From NCBI RefSeq assembly GCF_009834535.1, contig NC_045716.1:21266001-21330000 (forward strand): 64,000 nt of DNA. Direction: 5' to 3'. The notes under the pieces are model-generated. The model did not search any database and was not told the origin of the DNA. It saw only the letters and a list, made by a program, of their open reading frames with translations. Both the position numbers and the translations under genes were made by a program. The stretch is from Camelus ferus. Lineage: Eukaryota. Each line of letters starts with the position of its first letter. Within the stretch, counting starts at the first letter, position 1. This document shows positions 11,050 to 23,700 of the stretch, piece after piece.

Positions 11050-11720
11050 GCAGCTTTGTCAATAAAGTTTTTCGCAAGAGCTTGCAGAAGCCGGAAAGAG
11101 GCCATGCCGCCCAGAGTTAGTTCTGGCAACTTCCGGGGAGGGAAAACGAGTTTCGCGAGATCTGGTAGCAGCAGGCCACTGGCCCGCAACTGTGCGACTG
11201 CTATCGCGAGATTTGGCAGGCGGAGGAGGAGCTGTCTCGGGCAGCCGCCTCACAGCGATGGCGGCCGAGCAGGGCCGGCGGCGGTGGCGGCTGCGGCGGC
11301 TACGGCCGGAGACGGCAGTGGTGGCAGTAGCGGCGGGTGGCGGGGGCCTGTGACCCGGAGCCGCCCCGGGACCCGGGCACCATGAGCCAAGGCCCCCCCA
11401 CAGGGGAAAGCAGCGAGCCCGAAGCAAAGGTCCTCCACACTAAGCGGCTTTACCGGTGAGAGGGGCCGGGGCGTGAGTGCAGTCGCCGAGGGAAGTGGGG
11501 GGGACAGTGAGGGGCGGGGCCTCCCCGGCGGGCGGGGCCCGCTGTGGACTGGGGTGCAGGCGAGCGAGAAGGGTGCAATTTTGGAGGGAGCGGGGGGGCG
11601 GGGCCCGGTAACCCGGGATGGAGCTGAAAGAAGGAATTGGGTGGGTGGGAGGTTTGGAGGGAAGCACGTGGACTATTCCCTTCCGCAGTGAGCTTGGGGC
11701 GGGCACCGTGCTTTGCGGAT
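11050..11720. promoter_or_regulatory. CpG island / SMG5 promoter, head-to-head with TMEM79
   Basis: Dense CpG. ETS site ACTTCCGG at 11129-11136, CGCG elements TTTCGCGAGA (11151-11160) and TATCGCGAGA (11202-11211), and YY1-like ATGGCGGC at 11258-11265. Confidence 0.85.
11258..11353 (+). promoter_or_regulatory. 31-codon upstream ORF in the SMG5 5' leader
   Basis: gcgATGG (strong Kozak context) opens MAAEQGRRRWRLRRLRPETAVVAVAAGGGGL*. The TGA at 11351-11353 lies 28 nt before the SMG5 ATG. Confidence 0.7.
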
Positions 11721-14700
11721 TTGGGGTAAGAAGGTGGAAATTGGGGACTGCAGGGATTGGGAAGGTGAGAGTGGGGTCACAGATAGGAGAAAAACCCGGA
11801 AGGGAATGCTGCTTAGAACCCTGTAGGATTTACAGGGAAGAGCTCTGGACTGAAATCAAGAGAGCCTGATTCATGTCCTTGCTTTGCCATTCTCTCAGTG
11901 TGACCTTGGACCTCAGTTTTCTCATCCTTAAAAGGAGAGATTTGGATTTGATACGCTTTGAAGTCCCTTATGGGTCTAGTTTTTGGGAATCTGAATGAAA
12001 AGAAAGAGGCTGGAAGACTATTTGTGTTAGACTGGAAGGGCAGTGAAGGACTTTGAATCCAGAGTGTTCTTAGGTCTTAGGAGCCCATTTCAGGGCACCT
12101 GGGGACTCCTGAGTCCTGCTTGCCTTGCAGCCTCATGACTACAGTCTCTTGCCAGGCAGCTTCCATTCCTGGTTTCTGATTTCCACAGTGCCACTCACAC
12201 TCCTCAACATCTTCAGCCTTTCAGCCCTCTGTTGGGAACAGGCCATTTTGAGCTCTTCCCATCCTGGATCAAGGATTTTTTTGTGGGGGGGGGGCAACTG
12301 GAACATGGGCTCTTGAACTAAAATAGGATGAAGCGTAGAGACCAAGTTGAGTTTTCTTCTTTCTAATGGGGAGTAGGTTTGGGGGTTCATTTGGCTCAGG
12401 CTCTGTAGAACAGAGGTGTGCATGAGAAGACCTCCTTCAGAGCCATGGACCCCATCTTGGCAGTGAAAGAGTCAAGAGCGTGTTGTCTTTTCCTCTCTTG
12501 AGTAGATATCCTGCCTGCTCTGGGTCCCTAAGCCAGAAGGCAGAGGGGAGTACAGGCTGCTCCAAAAATAGAAAAGTGATCCAATCCACCAGCCCCTGGG
12601 CTCCTACTGTGGGCTGCCCGGAGCGGTCTCCAGGTGCTGAGGAGTTGGCTGGGGTGGCACGTGTGCCTCTTCAAGCTGCTGAGTGTCAGCGCTGCCTGTC
12701 AGACAGAGCGTGGGCAGTGTCTGCAAGATTCCTTACTTGTCTCCAGCTTTTGGTAATGGCTCTGGTCATCCTTCTAATCATTCTCAAATCCTGTTCTTTC
12801 TCAGGCTACTGCCCTCACAGGACTGACTGACTTACGCTGACGTGTTTGTGTGTGTGGCTTACATGGGTGCACATGGGTGTCTCTGCCTGTAGTTGTGTAT
12901 TGTTGGCTTTGAGCAGAGTGGAAATTTGAGGCAGCAGATCTCTTTTTATTATTTATTATAGCAATGGTGATTGGTGGAAAGAACTGGGGGAGGAAGGTCT
13001 GATTTCTCAGCCCAAGATAATTGTATTGTTAGACTATGAAACTGTCACTCCAAGCTTCAGTAAATTTGGGACGTTCCCACAATCTGTTTACAGAAATGAA
13101 ATACTGAAATGTTTTAAGCCCTTCAGAAAAGACAGCTGGAAAAGAGGGTGCTAGGACACAAGCACCAATTAATTATGCCAATTTTAATTTAAAAATTTGT
13201 TTTTGTTTTTGTTAATGGAGGTACTGGGGATTGAACCCAGGAACCTTGTGCATGCTAAGCATGTGCTCTACCACTGAGCTATGCCTACCCCCCAACTATT
13301 TTTTAAAAAACATAATTTTCTTTTTTAACACTGCTAGACCTGGGATAACAGTAGTGAATGAGACACAAGACTGGTTTTTGTAGTTTTTGTTCCAAAGGAG
13401 ATTACAGTTTAGTGGAGGTATTTATGTTCTAATGGGGAATGGAGAAGAAAGTGCAGAGTCCTCTCTGGTTTAAGAATTTGCAGTTAAAACTACTGAGAGT
13501 AGTGGTTATTAACATTTTTTGGATTGAGAATCTAAGGAGAGCTCTGAGGCCTGTCCATAAAAATGCATACACATACACACCTTCCCGTAGATATGTGCAT
13601 GACACTGAAGTTAAAAGCTCTTCCCTGGGGACTAAGCTGGCGTAGAGTATATCACTTCTGGCCTCCTGATGCTGCCCTGGCATTGAGGGCCAGGCTGGCT
13701 GACAGGCTTGACTCCTGTCTCTAGGCAGCCCAGGAGGTATTTGGAGAAATGCTGAGTTCTTAAGATTGCCTGTGAGAAGGCCTTGATTACCATCTCACCC
13801 ACTCAGCTGGTGTTGGCAGTCACTTTGTCCTGTACAGAGCAGCTTTTAGTGGTGTACCACCTGAGCCATCACAGGATGCTCGCCTGCTGTGGCCCACTTT
13901 CTCCAGCCCAGGAGCAAGTTTCAGTGTTCTGAAACAGTTTTAGATTGTTTGGGGAATCATCGCTCCCTACTCTTTGGTTACTTTGTGTCCAGAGCTGTGC
14001 CTGATCTGTTCTCACAGCTGCTAACATCCTCGGGGTTTCACCCTTCCAAAGATGATAATTACCTAAGGACCTCCTAGCCAACCATTGTAGAGTTTCCTTG
14101 GACTTCCCTCAGAGTCTGGAATCTCCTCCTCAGGATGAAGACTAATACTTACTGAGCATTTACCATGTTCAAGGCACTGATATGAGTATTTTTTGTATTA
14201 GCTAATTTAACCCTCACAAAGTAGGTGATAATATTAATCCCATTTTATGGATGGGAGAACCGAGACATAAGGAAGTTAGATATTGCCCAGGACCACATAG
14301 CTGGTAAGAAGTAGAGCTAGGATTTGAATCCAGGCAGTCTGGTTCCAGAGCCTACACTCTATATTAAACAAATGGTTCCTTCAGCAGAATCCAGGAGACC
14401 TTATGACTAAGCAGTTCAGGGATAACCCTCCCTCACTTTCCCATGCCCCATTATTCCAAAGCACAGTTTTCTACTAGGAATGCCTTTCCTTTATGTCAGA
14501 GATAATAAGCCCTTGTATAATAATCATTCATTCATTCCACCAATCTTTATGATTGCCTACTATGTACCAGTGATGTTATGTAAATTATTTCATTTAATCC
14601 TTGCAACAGCCCTTTTAGGTAGCTGCTATTATTTCTGTTTTTATGGATGTAGTAACTAAAGCTTAAAGAGGTTAGGTAATTCGCCCAAGGTTACAGAGTT

Positions 14701-17700
14701 AGTAAGACACAGCCAGGTTCAAATCCTAAATTTTCTGCCTAGCATCACAGCCTGTGCTCTTTCCGTTGAGAGAGTCTACCTTCCCGTGTCACAGAGTTTC
14801 TCTGCCTTGACAGTTTTCTCTACTGTTGACAGTTGGGGCAGGATAGTTATTGTGATAGACTGTCCCATGTATTGTGCAGTGTCTAGCGGCACACACTAAA
14901 TGCCAATAGCAACTCCTCTTCTTTCCCTCCCACAGGTTGTGACAATTAAAAATGTCTCCAGCATTGCCAGGTGTCCCCTGAGGGAGCTGCTATATCAGGA
15001 TGAAGACTATTCATCTTGTTTTGTACAGAGCTCAGCCTGCAGCCTTTTTGTTTCCCCACCCCTAATTCTTTAGCTTTTCTTCTAGGATCAGTGTCCTAGC
15101 ATTGTGGCTGGACCATACAGATGGCTCAGGGGCTGTTTGCCTATATTTCCTTGCAGGGCTGTGGTGGAGGCTGTGCATCGACTTGATCTCATCCTTTGCA
15201 ACAAAACCGCTTATCAAGAAGTGTTCAAACCAGAGAACATTAGCCTGAGGAACAAGTAAGCTGAGACTCTAAACTACACATCCTTATGGTTTCTCTGTTC
15301 CTCTCCACCTGAATCCTGTCACATGTAGACACATGTTCTCTCTTATCTCCTAACTTCATGGTACAATAGTGGGCTGTGAATAATGGGCCTTTCTGAGAGA
15401 GGAGATGGGGATCCCTCACTCTCTGCAGTATCTACCTCTAACAGACTGGTGCCATAAGAATGGCATTTGAGTTGGGGGAGTTGGCCATACTGCCTAATGA
15501 AGGAAAGAAAGAGGAGATAAAAAGGCTGAGTAAAAAGAAGAGAAAGGTGCAAGGGAAGAAAATGAAGATTATTAAAATTCTTACTTTTCCTCTCTCTGTC
15601 TTGTGGGGCTCCCACTGCCTTCGAAGACTGCTGTTGTCTTGGGTCCTACTAACTGACCTTGGATGTCTATTGGGAAGCACAGAGATTTGTCAGTCAGGGT
15701 GTTGGCAAATGCCTTCTTGCCTTCAGTTCTTCTGTCCCCCACCACGGGATGGGCAGTCTCTCTCATGCTCCTCTGCACCCTCCCAGGCTGCGTGAGCTCT
15801 GCGTCAAGCTTATGTTCCTGCACCCGGTGGACTATGGGAGGAAGGCTGAGGAGCTGCTGTGGAGAAAGGTGTACTATGAAGTTATCCAGCTTATTAAGAC
15901 TAACAAAAAGGTAAGGGAAGGTCATAGATCTTCGGAAGAAGTTTGTCTAAAGAGGAGAAGCTAAGGAAGAAGAAAGCTAGGCAGGTGGGCCAGAGCATGG
16001 TTGGAGACGGGAACCAAGGAAGAGATGGCAGAAGGAGGGAAGGGGGAGTCATATATAATTAGGAATAGAGAAGGAAGGGGGACTGATCTCAGATGGGGAG
16101 ACCAGAGTAGACTTAAGGGTGTGGGGGTAACTTGTGAGTAAGAGGCAATGTGGATAAAGTTTTAGAACCAAGAAGATAAATTTATTTCTTCAGTGAGATG
16201 ACTACAGTTAGAGAAGGTGGAATGGAACTCTGAGAGTGTTGCTTAGCTAGCCCTTCCCTCTCCCACTCTCCAGCACATCCACAGCCGGAGCACCTTGGAA
16301 TGTGCCTACAGGACACACCTGGTCGCTGGTATTGGCTTCTACCAGCATCTCCTTCTCTATATCCAGTCTCACTACCAGCTAGAACTGCAATGCTGCATCG
16401 ACTGGACCCACGTCACCGACCCCCTCATAGGTCAGTGAAGTCTGAAAGGTGGGCTTGAGGAGCAAGTTCATGTGCTTCCACCTCTGGCTTTCTTACCCCT
16501 CGGGATTTGTGTACCTTGTGACCCAGCCAGGCAGAGAGGATTCTAGCAAGACTTACAAATTCTTCATGAAGTTTGGATTTATCCAAAAAAGCAAGTGAGA
16601 CTCTGGTTTGGGAGTGTAGCCCCATGTCAGGAGGAATGGAATGGATCTAGAGTAGGTCTGGCACTGGAAGATGCTATTAATAGCATTTGTTTTTTTTCTC
16701 CCAGTTGAATTTGGCTGACACTGTTTCTTTTAACTTTAGAGATTTTTTCCTAGTATTTGATGACAGTATTAAAGTTTTCATAAATGTTGGGGAAATTATG
16801 GATTTTCTTTCAAGATAGTACAAAACTCTTTTCGGCATTCTGAGGTACTGGCAACTATGATTTATCACCTTTTCTAGCTGGTAGTTTTCCCTTCAGTTTG
16901 GCTACCCTTTAGAGCTCCTCTCCCTCTTCCTCCAACTCCTCTTGCTCTTTATACCCTCTGCGCTACCCCAGCCCCATGCCCCTGCCCTCACCAGGACAAA
17001 GACATTCCTGGGTCAGAGATGGAGTTTTTGTGTGTGCGACTGCACCGTAGCATTCCCTGGTAAGAAGCACAACACTATATTCTGTGCACTTAAAAACACT
17101 TAAAAGTAAAACAACGTTAATCCAAGACAGCATTTGTAGGCTTTATACCAGCTCACCAGAGGGGTCCATAGTCTAAGCAAGGATTAAGAACCCTTATTTC
17201 AAAGAATCAGTTCCCTTTAGTTTTTCTCTGTATCTCTATTTCTCATTCACACAACTGATAGACATTTCTATAGAGATGTCTCGGTAGAAAACATTAGGAA
17301 GGGCTTCTCAGAATGGGAGCTACACAGCCAGGAGAGTGGCTGCAAGGTGTAGTGGATACAAGGATGGTCTCTGAAGCCAGACTGCCTGTTGAATACCGGC
17401 TCTGTCACTTCCCTGTTGTGTGACTTTGATTTCCTTAACTGTGAAATGGGAGTAATAAGAATAACTACCTCATAGGGTTGCTGTGAGGATCACTTAGGTT
17501 AATACTGTACTGCACTCAGACCAGGATCTGGCACATGGGAAAACTGCCTCCCAAGTAGCTAAGGCTCTCTGAAGTTACAAGGCTGCCTGGATGAAGGGAA
17601 AAGTGAGAGCCCAAGCATATTTGGCTCTGGCCACCACCAGTCCTCAGGTCAGGCTGACCTTGTCTCCTTTATGGGTAGACTCTCCAGTAGGCTGCCTTCT

Positions 17701-20700
17701 CCATGGACCTCCTTTACCAAGCAGAAGCCAAGAGCATTTACCTTGACCTTTTTCGCATGCCATTCTTCCTGGGCAAGTTTCCCATCTTTATCCAAACCTT
17801 TTAGCTTTGTGTGGGGAGCTGCTACCCAAGGCACCTGCAACTGTACTGACGCTTAAGTCTCACCTCTTCTTTCTGGAAGCCTTCCTATGATGAGCTTTCA
17901 CATGACCTTCCCCCAGGGAGCTGTCCTAGGTTGAGGACTCTAGCCCATCTCTTCCAGTTCCTTCCTGTCCTGTAAATGACTTCTACCTGTGAGTCTCTGT
18001 GCCTCATCCTGTATGGATGTCTTCTCTGCCCCATAAGACTGTTCCAAAACTAGCCCTCGATTCTCGATCTTTCTTCACCTAGGAAAGGTGTGTCCCCTTC
18101 GGTAGGGGCAGAGAAGTGGGCTCATAAACCACTCTGTCTTTCTTTCTCAGGATGCAAGAAGCCAGTGTCTGCCTCAGGGAAGGAGATGGATTGGGCACAG
18201 ATGGCATGCCACCGATGTCTAGTGTACCTGGGGGATTTGTGTAAGAATCTGAACCTTTCATTTTCTCTGTTTTGGGCTATAGGACAGGCTCCAGCTGCTT
18301 CAGTCATTGGTATTACCCTTTATGTGATTGGAGAGCAGGAGAAATAGTTTGACCTCTGGTAACGTTTTCCCTGCAGACTGCTTACATTGTTTCCTCTTTA
18401 TCACTGCTCTTCCATGAATCAAAAGGATGAGTGAATACAAGACAAAGAAAAATGTCTTTGTGATTTAAGGAAGTCAGGGTGATGACTCAGTTTCAGTAGT
18501 GGGTTAGGAAGATTTTAATTTGATGTCTTTCTCCTTTGGGATTTTCTTTTCTTTTCATGGACTCCTGGAGGAATTGCAGTTAGACCTCAGGGAGGACTTG
18601 CATGTCTGAAAAATGTTTCTCAGAATGGAAAAGTACCCTCTTGCTTTATGGCCCCTGGGTCTTAGTCTTAATAGACAAAGGTTCTGTCATTTGGCTGCCT
18701 GTATGTGACTGTTGGATGCATTCGCTTTTATTGACCTGAGGCTCCTTCTCTCCCTGCCCCCATTCCACTCCTGGACCTCTCATAGGCAGCGGGACATGGA
18801 GGGAACCTGCTGATATTCAGTAGACTGACCAAGTGTCCTTAGTAATGTCTTCTCTCTAGAACTGAGCAGTTGAATTCCAGAACCAAATATCAGAAGTGTT
18901 TTCAAGCATTTATGTATGCTGCAGCTCCCTTTCATTGGAAAGAGATAATCAAGAAGAGCCTCTTTACTTTACAAACACTAAATAGTGTTTACATTTTGGA
19001 CCTACCAGCAAGGAAGAGAGAGTTGAACAGTTTGCCCATAGTCATGCAGATTTAAGACTGTGCCAGAGAGTCAAGCAGCCTGCCTCCTAGCTCAGGTATC
19101 TTCCTCCCAGGCTCTTATTACAGCTCTATAGAGTGGACTCCCAGATGAGGGGAGGTTTCTCTTAAACATGGAATCATCACATTTCTCATCTCTCTTACAG
19201 CACGATACCAGAATGAATTAGCTGGCGTAGACACCGAGCTGCTAGCTGAGAGATTTTACTACCAAGCCCTGTCAGTAGCTCCCCAGATTGGTAAGTGGAC
19301 CCCCACTGGGGGCTCCTAAGCCAGCAGCATTTTCCAAAGGGAAGACGATGCTGAGGTGGCAGACAGGCCATACTCATCTCCCCTTAGGTCCTCTCCACTC
19401 TGAGTTCTTCCATACTTCACCTTGGTTCTGCAGTCTCCTTGTAACACACACTCAGAAGATTGTGGGAGGGGAGGAGAAATGGAAAAGTCTTGAACTAAGA
19501 AGAAGGGAGGCAGAAGAGAAGGGAGAGAGAAGACGACTTCTCTATGCCTGAGTTCTTTGTAGAATGAGGAGACTGTACTTTAGCTGCCCCCATGGAGGCA
19601 CAGTGAGAGCAGGGGCTAGGCTGCATTACAGGGAGAGATGGGGATTAGTATGCAGGAAGGAGAACTCAGAGGTGGGAAACTGAGCCGGGATAGAGGAGCG
19701 GGCTCCGTGGAATTCAGTCAGCGCTGGCAGAGCCACAGCTGCTGCTGAAGGAGTGGCGCCCATCAGTGCTGAAATCCAGGGGGTTGGTGGGGGCAGGCAG
19801 GATTAGACTGATAAGAAGTGAGTGTGTAATCAGTAATCCCCCGGGGGAGCAAGATTACGCTGCTTATCACTGAGACACCAGTGTCACCTGCAGACCCACT
19901 TTTTTCCCCATGAGTTCTCTGATGTTCAGCATTGGTTGGGCCTGGCAGATTTCGGTGAGTATTATGGCTGCAGACTGTGTGACTTCTCTTTCTCTCCAGG
20001 AATGCCCTTCAATCAGCTAGGCACCCTTGCAGGCAGCAAGTACTATAATGTGGAAGCCATGTATTGCTACCTGCGCTGGTGAGTATCTGCTAGCTCTTTC
20101 CCCAGCCCTGCTTTCATGCCCATACCACTCCTGCTTTGTTTTCTCTCTTCCCTCTCTCCCTTCTCTAGCTCCTGCATGAGATAGGAGAATGCTAAGATTG
20201 AGGAGGGGTCCCTCCGCTCAGGGGCATCCTCACATAGCCCTGCTGCTTTTCACATAGCCACCTGGATTTGTAGGTGTTCAGGCAGCTGAAATAGCTGTCC
20301 AGTATCATGCAAAATAACAGGATTGCTGCCTTCCTGAAGAAGGAAATAAATTTGATATAGTTAGTAAAATGGTACCAAAGTAGCTTCTGACAAGAACTTC
20401 AGAACTGTAGAGCTTCAGTGTTTTGAGGTGACAGATGACAGCATGGGGGGACCAGCTTAGCAGCAGGGTGGATCACTGCTTCCCTGGATCTGACACTTTG
20501 GCTCTTAGAATGAAAAACAAATTTTTCAGGGCACCCAAAGTTGGTTAGGCTTAGGTTACTAAGTCACCATAACCAAACGCACATGAGACTGATAGGTAAA
20601 CCAGAATGCCACTGATGAAATTATAGGGAGACAGAAACCCACTGTTGCCACATAAAAAGTCTACTTGAGAAGCTGAATCATCCTCAGAAGTTATACAGTG

Positions 20701-23700
20701 AATTGGGCTCCAAAGGAAATACAGTAGTGTTCATAGCTTAAATGGTCAGATGCTAGAGTGTAAAGTGAAATACCTAATTCTGCCTTGTAACTCCATGTGC
20801 TGTGATCCTTGGTTCACCTGGTCAGATTTCTCTGTATCAGCAAGTATTTGCTCTTGTGGTGCCCCTTTATTTCTAGATCAGTACAAACTGCCCTCCTATC
20901 CTCTGTCTTCATTCTTAAATATGATTACCAGGTTTATAACCTCCCTTTGCATCTTTCCTATTCCTCACATGCCTTCCAGGGAATGCCCCCCCTTACTTGT
21001 CCTGGATCCCTCAACACACTCATAATCATGATTTAGGATGAGTCACTTGCAAAGAGAGCCAAGCACATCCAGGTTTGGGAGGTGCCTACTAAGGTCCTCC
21101 TCTACTGTGCTTAAATAGTTGTATCTCAGGGTTTGTGGATCTGGCATGCAGGTAGGGCTCAGTTGGGCAGTTCTCCTTGTAGCATTGTCTAGGGTCAGTC
21201 AGTGGTATCCAGCTGTCTGGGGGTCTGATACGTCTGGAGGATTGCACACCTGGACCTCTATCCCTCTCCATCAAGTCTCAGGGCCTCTCCATGTGGTATC
21301 TTCCTCTGGATAGATGGACTTCTTACACAGTAGCTCAGGACTCCAACAGTGAATAATGACCCCAAAAATGTGGAAGTAGAGCCTGCCAGTCTCTTAAGGC
21401 CTGGAAACTGGCAGAGTCACTTCTGCAATATTCTGATGATCAAAACAATTGCACAGTCATTGTCCCCAACACCCCATCAAGATTTAAAGGAGGTGATGTA
21501 GAACCCACTTCTCAGTGGAAGGAATATCAAAGAGTTTGTAGCTATATTTAGTTGACCACAACATGTATTTCTTTTCTGTACCTTGCCCTTTATAATTAAA
21601 AGATGTTTTTTAAAAAATGAGACATAAAAAAATTACAGTGCGCTGTTTAGGTCATAGGCTTCATGGTAAGACAGACTTGGGTTGGAAACTCAGCTCTACC
21701 ATGTGGTAGCTATGTGACCTTCGCATTATTCTTGATCTCTCAGGCTCCATTTCCTCATCTGTAGATGTGAACAGTATTAAGGGACAGTGCCTGGCACAGT
21801 ATGGGGAGCTCAGTACCTTTTTGTGTTTGAATGAATAATGTGAGGATTAACTGAAGTAGTGGGTGTAAATATCCTTACATGTAGTAAATGCTTATTAAAT
21901 GCTATCTATTAAGTGTTCTGTGCTTTAAAAAAGATGAAGGATTGTGTATTTCAGGGATGGTAACTAAGTTAAGTTTGTAACATACAGTAGGATTAATTGT
22001 CCCATTTATAGATATAAAGGAGATGCAGACATCATCATTGCCCTGATTAATCTGGAAGTTGTGTGTGTATATTTTATTAGGAAACATAGCTTTCACCCTG
22101 AGTATATACATGGAAGGGCAGGCTGGGGAAGCCTGTATTTACTAGAAGTGTTGCTCCTTCAAGTCCCAGAAGACTGACATTTCCCCTTTCGACCTATGCC
22201 TCTACCATGTCTCAGTAGTTTACCTCTNNNNNNNNNNNNNNNNNNNNNNNNNNNNNNNNNNNNNNNNNNNNNNNNNNNNNNNNNNNNNNNNNNNNNNNNN
22301 NNNNNNNNNNNNNNNNNNNNNNNNNNNNNNNNNNNNNNNNNNNNNNNNNNNNNNNNNNNAAGCGGTGAGTGGGGCCTGTGGGAGGAGGGAGGTCTTTCTA
22401 CAGTCAGTGCAGTAGGACCACAGGGATTCTGGAGCCATTCACCGTATACCTTGGGCTCCTCTCATTTCAGATGTAAGGACATTAAGAGGTTGCTGGTGAA
22501 CTTTATGTATCTACAAAGCCTCCTGCAGCCCAAGAGCAGGTGAGTGGAAGAGCATGAGCAAGAACTGACCCGTGAGCTCCATCCATGATGGCTCCCTTAT
22601 GGCCGGAGACTTGAAGAGAAGGGAGTGGGCTGTTGAATTCTGCCTCTTGGTTGGAAATTCTTTAGCTGGTTGGTTAGTCCTTTCTTGGCATCATTTACTG
22701 TCTCACCTAGATTCCGTGCCCATTCTTCTGGTAGCTCACCCTCTGGCACAGAGTGGGTGCTTACTAGATGTTGAAGGAGTGGCTGAATGGGAAGCCCACC
22801 CACATCCATTCTACTGTGTGTCTGCCCTTCCTGTGTTATTCTGTCTGCTTTGGTGATCAGCCCAGCCCTGAGTCCTCCTGTACTCTCTTTGAAGTCTCCC
22901 TTGCAGGATCCTGTAGTCTTTCCTCTGAATCCTGTATTCCCAACTCTTTCCTCCTGCCCCAGCCCCCATCACCGATCTCCCCTTTTGCTCCTATCCTTGC
23001 GTAGCTCCGTGGACTCAGAGCTGACGTCGCTTTGCCAGTCAGTCCTGGAAGACTTCAACCTCTGTCTCTTCTACCTGCCCTCCTCACCCAACCTCAGCCT
23101 GGCCAGTGAGGATGAGGAGGAGTATGAGAGTGGATATGCTTTCCTCCCCGACCTTCTCATCTTTCAGATGGTCATCATCTGTCTTATGGGTGTGCACAGC
23201 TTGAAGAGAGCTGGTAAGTCCCCTTGTGTCCCTCTTTTCCCCCCCACTGAGTTCTAGGATCCTCACTATCCTTTTCGGCAGCTCCTTATCTGTAAACTTG
23301 CTTCCATAAGCAGTCCCTTGACTACCTGTGTCACTGCCTGGCTGTGGGAGGGAGGAGACAAGGAACCCTGCCCTGAGGAGCTCTTAGAGAACAAACAAAA
23401 GGCAGCAGCGTATTCCCTCCCCCTCCCACCAACACACACACCCTTGGCCAAGACCCGGGCCAACGAATGCTTAGCTGATGATCCAGACAGAATTCAGTCC
23501 TTGCTGGGGATGGGGGGAGGGAGCAGTTAGGCAGTTTTGGAAACCTTTCTGGCAGAGGTGTATGTAGAGCAAGGTTGGATGGAAGGGTGGAGGAGGCAGG
23601 GCGAGGTGTGAAGGTGCTTGAGGTATGGGGAGGGGTTTATGTGAAAGCCACGGAGGATGAGATGGGACAAGAGGATCCATGAGCTTACATGAGGAAGCAG

